From: Methanosarcinaceae archaeon
Lineage (GTDB): Archaea > Halobacteriota > Methanosarcinia > Methanosarcinales > Methanosarcinaceae
DNA: 45,452 bases
NCBI GenBank assembly: GCA_016926455.1
Contig: JAFGOO010000074.1
Span: 1 to 45,452 of the forward strand
Reading direction: 5' to 3'
Shown here in pieces: positions 30,819-38,811 of the stretch. The translations under genes were made by a program, and so were the position numbers. Every line of letters begins with the position of its first letter. The first letter of the stretch is position 1. The notes under the pieces were generated by a model that saw only the letters and a list, made by a program, of their open reading frames with translations, searched no databases and had not been told where the DNA came from.

Positions 30819-31655
30819 TTGAAGGTGGGGAAAATCGGAATCGTATCAAGATGTGATCATGTAGATGCACTTAATATGGTCAGGTCGATTCTGGACCATT
30901 TCAAACCAGAGGTTGATATTGTAGTCGGGCCAAAAACGTCCGATGCGATTGGTATCAAAGGCAATGAAGTCGTGCCCGTGAGGGATATGCGAGATGCAGG
31001 AGTGGAAATTGTAGTGTCGGTTGGTGGTGACGGTACGGTTCTTCGAAACATTTCCAAAATGGAAAATCCACTTCCAATACTGGGTATTAACATGGGTACA
31101 CTTGGTTTTCTTGTGGATGTCAACCCCGAAGATGCCATTGAAACAATTGGAAACGTGCTCAATGGTTTTACCTATAATGAGCGTTCGAGGCTGGCAGTTT
31201 CGTTGAATAGCGAGCCACTTCCACCTGCTACCAATGAGGTCGTATTGATTACGGCAAGACCTGCAAAGATTCTTACCTTCAGGATTTCTGTGGATGAATG
31301 TGAATTTAAGGAACTGAGGGCAGATGGTGTTGTTTTTGCAACACCTACGGGTTCCACTGCTTATGCCATGAGTGCAGGTGGACCTATCATTGATCCTCGT
31401 GTGGATGCCGCACTTATCGTGCCCATTGCACCTTTTAAGCTATCGTCAAGGCCTTCGGTGGTTCCAGCTAATAGCGTCATCAAAGTGGAGATAACGATTC
31501 CAGAAAAAGAAGCAGTTGTTGTTATAGATGGACAGCATAGTTATACGATTTTGGAGCCTGATGTAGTTACCCTTACAAAGGCAAAACATCCAGCGCGTTT
31601 TGTGAACACCTCGATAACCGACTTTTATGAGAAGGTTCAAACTAAACTGGCGTAA
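30819..31655 (+). CDS. nadK: NAD kinase
   Basis: VSVGGDGTVLR (GGDG motif), NMGTLGFL and ...TPTGSTAYAMSAGGP. TTG 30819 or GTG 30825 start. Confidence 0.9.
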   Translation: MKVGKIGIVSRCDHVDALNMVRSILDHFKPEVDIVVGPKTSDAIGIKGNEVVPVRDMRDAGVEIVVSVGGDGTVLRNISKMENPLPILGINMGTLGFLVDVNPEDAIETIGNVLNGFTYNERSRLAVSLNSEPLPPATNEVVLITARPAKILTFRISVDECEFKELRADGVVFATPTGSTAYAMSAGGPIIDPRVDAALIVPIAPFKLSSRPSVVPANSVIKVEITIPEKEAVVVIDGQHSYTILEPDVVTLTKAKHPARFVNTSITDFYEKVQTKLA

Positions 31656-31661
31656 TCAGGT

Positions 31662-32444
31662 ATGGAACTGGAAGATATATTACAAAAAATTAAAAGTGGG
31701 CAGATGGATATTGAGTATGCGGTAATCCATCTTCGATCAATGGGTTTTGCATCGGTTATGGATATCGCAAAGATTGATACGCATCGCATACACCGCACCG
31801 GTGTGGTAGAGGCTGTGCTTGCTGAGGGCAAAATGAATGATGATCTGGTGGAGATTGTAAAGATACAGGTCATTCATGCAGGAAGAGCGCTGATTACACG
31901 TGTTTCTGACGAACAGATGGAAGCGATTCGGCGTACTTTCAAGCCTGATGAGATCCAGTGGCATAAGCGTGCACGGGCAGTGGTTGTACACGACGGCACG
32001 CCACGTGCAGTATCAGGTGGTGTGGTCGGTATTCTATCGGCAGGTACGGCTGATGTTGGCGTTGCCGAGGAGGCACGGGTGGCGTCTCTGGAAATGGGGT
32101 GTGAGGTAATTGCGATCTATGACGTTGGTGTGGCAGGTATTCACAGACTAATGCCACAGATTGCAAAATTGAAAGAACAGGGTGTTGGAGCCGTCGTGGT
32201 TGCGGCCGGGCGCGAAGGAACACTTCCCACCATTGTTGCGGGCTTGATCGATGTACCTGTGATTGGTGTTCCTGTGTCCACAGGATACGGGGCAGGCGGC
32301 AGTGGTGAGGCCGCCCTTCTGTCAATGCTCCAGTCATGTTCAATCATCAGTGTCGTGAATATTGACGCAGGTTTTGTTGCGGGTGCATTTGCGGCGAGGA
32401 TTGCGAATATGCTGGCAGAGGCTCGGAGTACAAACCGTGGGTAG
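31662..32444 (+). CDS. larB: LarB-type PurE-like carboxylase/hydrolase (nickel-pincer nucleotide cofactor biosynthesis)
   Basis: N-terminal extension with D..R..RTG.EAV, then the PurE-like GILSAGTADVGVAEEA and VVVAAGREG..P motifs. Confidence 0.8.
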   Translation: MELEDILQKIKSGQMDIEYAVIHLRSMGFASVMDIAKIDTHRIHRTGVVEAVLAEGKMNDDLVEIVKIQVIHAGRALITRVSDEQMEAIRRTFKPDEIQWHKRARAVVVHDGTPRAVSGGVVGILSAGTADVGVAEEARVASLEMGCEVIAIYDVGVAGIHRLMPQIAKLKEQGVGAVVVAAGREGTLPTIVAGLIDVPVIGVPVSTGYGAGGSGEAALLSMLQSCSIISVVNIDAGFVAGAFAARIANMLAEARSTNRG

Positions 32445-32566
32445 AATTAATTCATTTCTGGCTCTTTTTCGTGTTTTAGCATCACAAGATTTGACAGTCA
32501 CCGTGAATCCCAAATTATATATATACCCTTCTAACTATGTTCGAATGAGCGACAGGAACCGATACC

Positions 32567-33751
32567 ATGTCTGATATTTCAGAATACTCGAGAAATGAAT
32601 TGATGAAATTCATTGATATAAATCCGCTTGATATCGAAATTTGTGATGTAACTCTGCGTGATGGGGAGCAGACTCCGGGTGTCGCATTCACCAAAAATGA
32701 GAAGGTTGCGCTTGCCTGTGAGCTTGATGCAGTGGGAATTGAAGTAATAGAAGCGGGTTTTCCGGTGGTTTCATCTGCGGAAAAAAATATTGTGAGAGAA
32801 ATTGCAGATATGGGACTTGATGCAAAGATATGCTGTCTTGCCCGTGCGGTTATTGGGGATGTGGACGCTGCGATTGACTGTAATGTAGATATAGTGAGTA
32901 TTTTCATAGCGATGTCGGATCTACATCTGAAGTATAAGTATCACAAGACATATGAAGAAATGTGTGAATGTGCGTGGAGAACTATTGAACATGCAAAAGA
33001 CCATGGGCTTGGAGTCCGATTTGCAGCAGAAGATGCGACCAGAACTGGTATTGAAAAGCTCAAGGAAGCATTTCTGACAGTAGAAGAGTATAAAGTGGAC
33101 TATGTAAGTATAGCAGATACCATTGGAATTCTCAATCCAAGCACTACCCATTATCTGGTAAGCGAGATAAAGAAAACTGTACACACTCCCATTTGCATAC
33201 ACTGTCACAATGATCTCGGCATGGCAACTGCAAATACGCTTGCTGCGGCAGAGGCCGGTGCCAAGCAGCTTCATACAACCATAAACGGTATTGGAGAAAG
33301 GGCCGGTAATGCCGCCTTAGAGGAAGTGCTCGTAGCACTGCGAGTGCAGTATGGAATTGATCGTTATGATACTACCCGACTTACGAATCTTTCCAATTTG
33401 GTTAAAGAATTTTCAGGTATCCCGATAGCAGTCAATAAGGCTATTGTAGGGAAACATGCATTTTCACATGAATCGGGTATTCACGTTGCAGCTATTCTGG
33501 AAGAGCCTCGAACGTATGAGCTTTTTTTGCCAGAGATGGTGGGCAACAGGCGCAATTTGATTGTGGGTAAACATACAGGTACCAAGGCGCTTAAAGGGAT
33601 CATCAGAGATATGGGTTATTCCTTGGAGCACGATGAACTTTGCGATTTAATCGATAGAGTAAAAATCTGCACTGAAGCAAAGCGAGGAATACCCAGAAAT
33701 AGGCTCGAAGAGATGATCCTTGACGTTAAAGTTAAGATGCATGATTTGTGA
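32567..33751 (+). CDS. homocitrate synthase family (AksA/NifV type, no LeuA-type regulatory domain)
   Basis: ICDVTLRDGEQTPGV, HCHNDLGMATANT and TINGIGERAGNA motifs. At 394 aa it lacks the C-terminal LeuA dimerisation/regulatory domain. Confidence 0.8.
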   Translation: MSDISEYSRNELMKFIDINPLDIEICDVTLRDGEQTPGVAFTKNEKVALACELDAVGIEVIEAGFPVVSSAEKNIVREIADMGLDAKICCLARAVIGDVDAAIDCNVDIVSIFIAMSDLHLKYKYHKTYEEMCECAWRTIEHAKDHGLGVRFAAEDATRTGIEKLKEAFLTVEEYKVDYVSIADTIGILNPSTTHYLVSEIKKTVHTPICIHCHNDLGMATANTLAAAEAGAKQLHTTINGIGERAGNAALEEVLVALRVQYGIDRYDTTRLTNLSNLVKEFSGIPIAVNKAIVGKHAFSHESGIHVAAILEEPRTYELFLPEMVGNRRNLIVGKHTGTKALKGIIRDMGYSLEHDELCDLIDRVKICTEAKRGIPRNRLEEMILDVKVKMHDL

Positions 33752-33779
33752 AGCAAGAAGTTAGTAAATTCGTTTTTAC

Positions 33780-33842
33780 TTTACGATAATTGGGGTGTAG
33801 GGGTATGATTTATCCCATGACTTTAGTCGAGGGAGTAGTCAG
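33780..33842 (+). mobile_element. solo chimeric IS200/IS605-type end (left-end-like arm fused to right-end-like hairpin; PATE/MITE-like)
   Basis: 33780-33822 matches 35345-35388 (TTTACGATAATTGGGGTGTAGGGG.A.GATT.ATCCCATGACT) apart from three small differences. 33816-33842 matches 35851-35877 (CA.GACTTTAGTCG.GGGAGTAGTCAG). Confidence 0.55.
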
Positions 33843-34046
33843 CAACTTTCCGAAAAATGGGGCTATAAAATACCTATGGTACTGGTGCGATTTTGTAAGG
33901 ATTATGGGTCATACTTTAATGCCGAATGCTACATTATTTGATTATTCGTAAATGACAGTTTCGTGTTCAACACCAAAAAATTTGACAGCCACCTTTTATG
34001 TAATTAACGACTAGTCATTTGCCCAGTCCACTGATAATTAATATTT

Positions 34047-35021
34047 TTAAAGTGCTGACATGGTGTTGTATTTTAGTACTGTTGAGACTGGATGTGTGAC
34101 TACTTCAATACCCGCTTCTTCCACTGCGGCAATCGCGTTGATACCTACAATAACCGGAATCCCCGACCTACCAATATCCACCGGCGCTCCGAAGACTTCT
34201 TCGCTAGCCTCTCCAATTATTATCGCACCGCTGATATCCGATTCCTCTGCAAGTTTTAATATCTCGTTCGCCTTTTCACAAGCTGAGGCAGGAATTTGTC
34301 TAATGTTTGAAAGCACTTTCCCTGTACCTTTTTCCATCACTTCAAGGACAGATGTCGAGTGTCTGTTAAGGAATATCTTGATTGGGTCAATAGATGTACC
34401 GCTATAGGATATAAGGTCAAGAAACTTGACATTTTCCTGATTTTCAATCTGCAGGATGCCACCGTAGGAGGTTTTCACCGGTATTCCGTATTTTAAGAGA
34501 AGACCGTCAAATGTTATACTACACACGGTTGCGATTCCGATTTTGTCGGGTGGTACATAAATATCTGAGTCAGAATCCTCTTCAAATATTTTAACACGTG
34601 GGCTAATTACCATTCCACTCTCTGCTGCGTATTTCATTATGGCCACAGCATCATCAAAATCGTCTTTGTCAAGATAGGAGAAATTTATGATTACGTCCCC
34701 CTCTTTTGATTTTAGGTCATAATTTGTATTGTAGATTAACTTCTCGATACGTGTGATAACAAATCCTAGACGGTCCCCGATAAGTGCATCATCGAGCTCT
34801 TTTCTGCCCATTTCCGTAATCGTGCGGCCGGCATATCCGTATTTTTTAGTGAATCCACGCTCATCCAGTATTCGTAAATGATAGCGTACGGCACGCTCGC
34901 CAATACCGTATCCGCGGTTGTTTAGTTCATCAGCGATGTTCCGGGCACCGATGGGTTTATCACTCTCGTTAATAATCCGCATTATTTCTATGAGTTTTCT
35001 TTCAATCTGTGGTTCTGTCAT
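34047..35021 (-). CDS. nrpR: nitrogen repressor NrpR (winged-HTH + one NRD/DUF128 domain, NrpRI type)
   Basis: N-terminal IERKLIEIMRII..S.KPIGARNIA.EL...GY.I.ERAVRYHLRILDERGFT followed by a DUF128-like domain. Neighbours glnA. Confidence 0.82.
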   Translation of the reverse strand: MTEPQIERKLIEIMRIINESDKPIGARNIADELNNRGYGIGERAVRYHLRILDERGFTKKYGYAGRTITEMGRKELDDALIGDRLGFVITRIEKLIYNTNYDLKSKEGDVIINFSYLDKDDFDDAVAIMKYAAESGMVISPRVKIFEEDSDSDIYVPPDKIGIATVCSITFDGLLLKYGIPVKTSYGGILQIENQENVKFLDLISYSGTSIDPIKIFLNRHSTSVLEVMEKGTGKVLSNIRQIPASACEKANEILKLAEESDISGAIIIGEASEEVFGAPVDIGRSGIPVIVGINAIAAVEEAGIEVVTHPVSTVLKYNTMSAL

Positions 35022-35344
35022 TTTTTAACACCGAAATTAAGATCATATTTGTAGCTTGTTTGTCCAGAGTATCACGATTAAATTGAGATTACTGTGATTT
35101 TAAGCCTTCATTGTAGTCTTAGATTATTATGTTGTGTGTCATATTATTCACTTGATTTAAATTTGTTGTCATCAATAGTAGACACATTTAATTTCAAAGA
35201 ATAAGATGTTAAAGCCTAAGCTACTTAGCGTATGTTTGTATATTGAATAAGTCGTAGAGGTCGCGAAATAAGCGTTTGTAAAAAAAAGGACGTATACTGA
35301 CTTTTGTGACCACTCCTATTACTTAAGTTATAGGAACTATCGAT

Positions 35345-35877
35345 TTTACGATAATTGGGGTGTAGGGGGTACGATTAATCCCATGACTAAAGTCATGGGA
35401 TTAATCGTACCCCCACCTATCATAGAATGTAACATAACAACTCGAAATTAGCTAAGTCTATTCACGATGCAGGATGGGCAAGGTTAATTCTGCATACTAT
35501 ATACAAAGCTGCTGAGAAGGGAAAGATCGTTTAAAAGGTTGATCCCAAAAACACTTCTCAGGTATGTTCAGTATGTGGTAAAAAGAAAAAAAGCAAACTT
35601 CAATTGTCAGATAGAATATTTGATTGTGAACATTGCAACACTTCATTAGACAGGGATGTTAATGTAGCAGTCAATATACTGAATAGATCTAAAAGATATC
35701 AAAGTACCATGAGGCTCTCGGGAACTAACGGCTCTGGAATTGGAACCTCTACAACCAGTTGTTTAACTGGGTTGCAAGTTCCGACAATGAATCAGCAATT
35801 GCGTAAAGCATTAGAAGATGAAACTCCTTTAGGGTTCAATAAAAGAACCCCACGACTTTAGTCGTGGGAGTAGTCAG
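35345..35877 (+). mobile_element. internally deleted IS200/IS605-family (IS1341/TnpB-only type) element remnant
   Basis: A left-end repeat with a 50-bp palindrome (35365-35414), a TnpB C-terminal fragment, and the right-end hairpin CCACGAC-TTTA-GTCGTGG followed by GAGTAGTCAG (35849-35877). Confidence 0.7.
35433..35861 (+). pseudogene. tnpB: tnpB (IS605 OrfB / RNA-guided nuclease family), C-terminal fragment with an in-frame stop
   Basis: Translation ...SIHDAGWARLILHTIYKAAEKGKIV*KVDPKNTSQVCSVCGKKKKS..LSDRIFDCEHCNTSLDRDVNVAVNIL. This is the RuvC-II / CxxC...CxxC zinc ribbon / RuvC-III (DRD.NAA.NI) region. TAA lies at 35532-35534, and roughly the N-terminal 250 aa are missing. Confidence 0.8.
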
Positions 35878-35882
35878 GGCCC

Positions 35883-37217
35883 TTACATGATACTTAGATA
35901 CGTATCCAGTTCCCATGGGTGGACGCATGCCTTGTATTTATCCCACTCAGCGTTCTTTGCTTTCAGGTATTTTTCAAACACATGGTCACCGAGTACATTT
36001 CTAACAAATCCACTAGAACTCATGGCATCTATTGACTCTTTTAAGTTTCCAGGCAATGATTCGATACCCATCTCAGAGTGCTCTTCTTTTGTAAGTTCAA
36101 ATATGTTCTTCTTAATCGGCTTGCCTGGATCAATCTTGTTTTTGATACCATCAAGCCCTGCACGCATCATCAGTGCAAATGCAAGGTATGGGTTGCAGGT
36201 GGGATCTGGACATCTTAACTCTACACGGGTTCCTTTTCCTCTTGCAGCAGGGATTCGGATAAGTGAACTTCTGTTTGCATCAGACCATGTGATGTATATA
36301 GGTGCTTCGTAACCGGGCACCAGTCTTTTGTAAGAGTTAACAAGAGGATTTGTGATTGCCGCAGTCTCTCTTACGTGTGCAAGCAGGCCACCGATATAAT
36401 ATCTTGCAGTTTCGGAAAGACCGTTTGGAGAATCAGGATCATAGAATGCGTTTTTGCCGTCTCCAATGGTCATCAGCGACTGGTTGGTGTGCATGCCCGA
36501 ACCATTAACTCCATAAAGTGGCTTTGGCATGAATGTGGCATAGTAGCCTTTGTGATATGCTATGGACTTGACCACGTACTTGAATGTTATTACGTTGTCT
36601 GCTGTAGTTAGCACATCATCGAATCTGAAATCGATCTCATGCTGTGATGGAGCTACTTCATGGTGTGATGCTTCTAGCTTGAATCCCATGTATTCAAGGG
36701 CGTAGTCAATTTCCCTCCTCACATCCTGTGCCTTGTCCAGTGGCGCAAAATCAAAGTATCCTCCTTGGTCAGTGAGTTCTGTAGTTGGGTTTCCGTTCTC
36801 ATCCAATTTGAAGAGAAAAAATTCGAGTTCAGGCCCCACGTTCATTTTAAATCCCATTTTTTTGGCTTCTTCGATTGCGTTTTTTAGTACGTATCGTGGG
36901 TCACCTTTAAATGGTGTGCAGTCAGGGAGCATTACGTCTCCAATTATACGTGCAACTGCGCCTTCACGCGGTCTCCATGGAAGTATGCGGAAGGTATTGG
37001 GATCAGGCATCAGCATCATGTCGGATTCTTCGATTCTTGTGAATCCTTCGATGGATGAACCATCAAACATTACACCGTTTTTGAATGCTTCCTCAAGATC
37101 TTCTGCTGGGATTGCCCAGCTTTTAATAATTCCAAGTGTATCTGTAAATTGTGTTCTTATGAACTTTACGTCGCAGTCACCTATTTTTTTTAGTACATCT
37201 TCTTTTGTTTGTACCAT
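35883..37217 (-). CDS. glnA: glutamine synthetase type I
   Basis: VKFIRTQFTD.LG, GSSIEGF, NGSGMHTNQS and ...RIP.. motifs. The track ORF starts at GTG 37226; ATG 37217, preceded by GAAGGTGA, is preferred. Confidence 0.95.
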   Translation of the reverse strand: MVQTKEDVLKKIGDCDVKFIRTQFTDTLGIIKSWAIPAEDLEEAFKNGVMFDGSSIEGFTRIEESDMMLMPDPNTFRILPWRPREGAVARIIGDVMLPDCTPFKGDPRYVLKNAIEEAKKMGFKMNVGPELEFFLFKLDENGNPTTELTDQGGYFDFAPLDKAQDVRREIDYALEYMGFKLEASHHEVAPSQHEIDFRFDDVLTTADNVITFKYVVKSIAYHKGYYATFMPKPLYGVNGSGMHTNQSLMTIGDGKNAFYDPDSPNGLSETARYYIGGLLAHVRETAAITNPLVNSYKRLVPGYEAPIYITWSDANRSSLIRIPAARGKGTRVELRCPDPTCNPYLAFALMMRAGLDGIKNKIDPGKPIKKNIFELTKEEHSEMGIESLPGNLKESIDAMSSSGFVRNVLGDHVFEKYLKAKNAEWDKYKACVHPWELDTYLSIM

Positions 37218-37243
37218 TTGTTTCACCTTCGCAGTAGGTATTA

Positions 37244-37257
37244 GGTAATCTACTACC
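37244..37257. promoter_or_regulatory. palindrome GGTA-N6-TACC between the glnA TATA box and start codon (candidate NrpR operator)
   Basis: GGTAATCTACTACC at 37244-37257. An A/T-only TATA region (37262-37280) lies just upstream in the glnA orientation. The 4-6-4 geometry matches the GGAA-N6-TTCC nitrogen operator of Methanococcus. Confidence 0.35.
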
Positions 37258-37290
37258 GCTTTAATAATATATATAATTTATGCTTAATTA

Positions 37291-37534
37291 ATTCTGTTAA
37301 GTTAAGGAGTATAGTTTGAAGAAAAAAGAAGGTTGTGTAACAATATGGAAAAATGGGCTTTATGTAGAAAGTCCATATTGTGTACAAAGTCAGACAATAA
37401 CCCTACTTTATACACAAAGTCACCGGAAACAAAACGTTTATATACTAGTTTTCAACAAACTTTATTAAATTTTTTGATTAAAAAATGCATCTCTGCTATG
37501 CTGTTTTTATTTATACTCCTTAACTTAACAGAAT
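37291..37534. repeat. 244-bp unit bounded by perfect 23-bp terminal inverted repeats
   Basis: ATTCTGTTAAGTTAAGGAGTATA at 37291-37313 is the exact reverse complement of TATACTCCTTAACTTAACAGAAT at 37512-37534. It lies in the divergent glnA / ligase-operon intergenic region. Confidence 0.6.
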
Positions 37535-37611
37535 CTTAGTAGTAACTCCAAATTTGCAAAAATTATTGTATCAAAAAAATTAATTCAACCAACACAATCA
37601 AATAGCAGCTA

Positions 37612-38445
37612 ATGCATAGGCCTTCAATACCCGCTGAAGTGAAGCAAATGACCTGGAGATTCATCGACACTGACAAAATAGATGGCTACTACAGTGCAGC
37701 TTTATTCGAATCAACCGCTAGGCATGTGGGGGCTGGCGAAGTTGATGAGACCATCCTTTTCTGGCGTGTAAAAAGTCCGGCCGTCTATCTTGGATACCAC
37801 CAGTACGTGGAAGATGAGATATGCGAAGATTATTGTACTGAAAATGGCATTCAGGTAATCCGCAGGGTGCTTGGTGGAGGGTGTGGATTCTGCGATGAGA
37901 ACCAGATTCTTTTTTCCATTATAGGATGTGAAGGAAGTGGTATAATCCCATCAAGCATAGAAGATGCGTATTCACATGTTCTTGGGGGGGTTACGACTGC
38001 ACTTGAATCCCTTGGTTTTGAAAGTGAATTCGAACCCACCCGCAGTTCTATTAATTCTAGAGGGCGCAAGATATCTGGAAATGCTCAGGGCAGGATCAAT
38101 GGGGCAGTACTAGTCAATGGTAGTTTACTGCTGGATTTTGATTTTGATGAGATGGACAGAGTGCTAAAAAACCCCACAAAGAACCTTACTTCTGGCGTGC
38201 AACATGCCCGGGATGGGATGATAACGCTCAAAGATTTACTTAATGGTGAAAATTATTATATCGATCATGTAAAAAAGATACTTAAAAGTGGATTTGAAAT
38301 TGTACTTGGTGTGGAAACGAAAAATGGTGTTCTTACAAAATCAGAAATCGAACTTTCCAACCATTTGGTTGAACGTCACCGCCGGAGTGAGTGGATATAC
38401 CGAATGGACAACAAAAGGAGAAAAAGACTGGAAAGCAAAAAATAA
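37612..38445 (+). CDS. lplA: lipoate-protein ligase, catalytic (LplA N-terminal / BPL_LplA_LipB) domain protein
   Basis: RRVLGGGCGFCD (RRxxGGGxVxxD motif) and GRKISGNAQ (catalytic Lys). ATG 37645 (MTWRFIDTD...) is an equally good start. Confidence 0.82.
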   Translation: MHRPSIPAEVKQMTWRFIDTDKIDGYYSAALFESTARHVGAGEVDETILFWRVKSPAVYLGYHQYVEDEICEDYCTENGIQVIRRVLGGGCGFCDENQILFSIIGCEGSGIIPSSIEDAYSHVLGGVTTALESLGFESEFEPTRSSINSRGRKISGNAQGRINGAVLVNGSLLLDFDFDEMDRVLKNPTKNLTSGVQHARDGMITLKDLLNGENYYIDHVKKILKSGFEIVLGVETKNGVLTKSEIELSNHLVERHRRSEWIYRMDNKRRKRLESKK

Positions 38446-38502
38446 GCTTATTGATAATGCACTTCTGCATAAAAAGCCGCATAATCAGAAACGAGGCAAA
38501 AC

Positions 38503-38793
38503 ATGAGCTACGAAGGATACAAACAGGGAAAGCACAAATCAAAAGGCGGTCTTATCCGTTCTTTTGTCAAGTTAAAAGACAATACTATAGAAGACATCTC
38601 ATTTTCAGGGGATTTTTTCCTGTTCCCAGAATCTTCAATCGAACTGGTTATGGGGTCCTTAAAAGGAACCGTTGCCACGTATGATTCCGTACTTCATACT
38701 GTAAGGGTGGTATATGACTTTGAAGGAATAACTGCACCGGGCACCGCTCCAGAAGATTTTGCAATTTCCATCATGAAGGCAATAGAATCTTAA
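38503..38793 (+). CDS. lplB: lipoate-protein ligase accessory C-terminal-domain protein (LplB-like)
   Basis: 96 aa; KGGLIRSFVKLKDNTIEDISFSGDFF.FPE pattern of the LplA C-terminal domain as a stand-alone polypeptide, as in bipartite archaeal ligases. Confidence 0.7.
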   Translation: MSYEGYKQGKHKSKGGLIRSFVKLKDNTIEDISFSGDFFLFPESSIELVMGSLKGTVATYDSVLHTVRVVYDFEGITAPGTAPEDFAISIMKAIES

Positions 38794-38811
38794 ATCAAAA
38801 AGCATTGTTTA

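Noticed and set aside
31939-32343. 134-aa ORF (and 32141-32347) antisense to larB
   Set aside because: The His/Pro/Arg/Gln-rich translation is typical of the reverse strand of a GC-richer Gly/Ala/Val-rich gene, and larB motifs occupy the plus frame.
36733-37248. 171-aa ORF antisense to glnA (also 35887-36312)
   Set aside because: It is a shadow ORF opposite a strongly conserved glutamine synthetase frame, with a Ser/Pro-rich translation typical of antisense reading.
37333-37539. 68-aa ORF filling the space between the 23-bp inverted repeats
   Set aside because: It has a non-ATG start, a low-complexity AT-driven composition and no family resemblance. Its ends coincide with the repeat arms rather than with translation signals.
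38288-38684. Alternative-frame ORFs across the LplA / LplB junction; I considered whether the two genes are one frameshifted lplA
   Set aside because: LplA ends with a clean TAA after a basic tail, and LplB has its own ATG 57 nt later. Split ligases are a known archaeal arrangement. No homology continues in the alternative frames.
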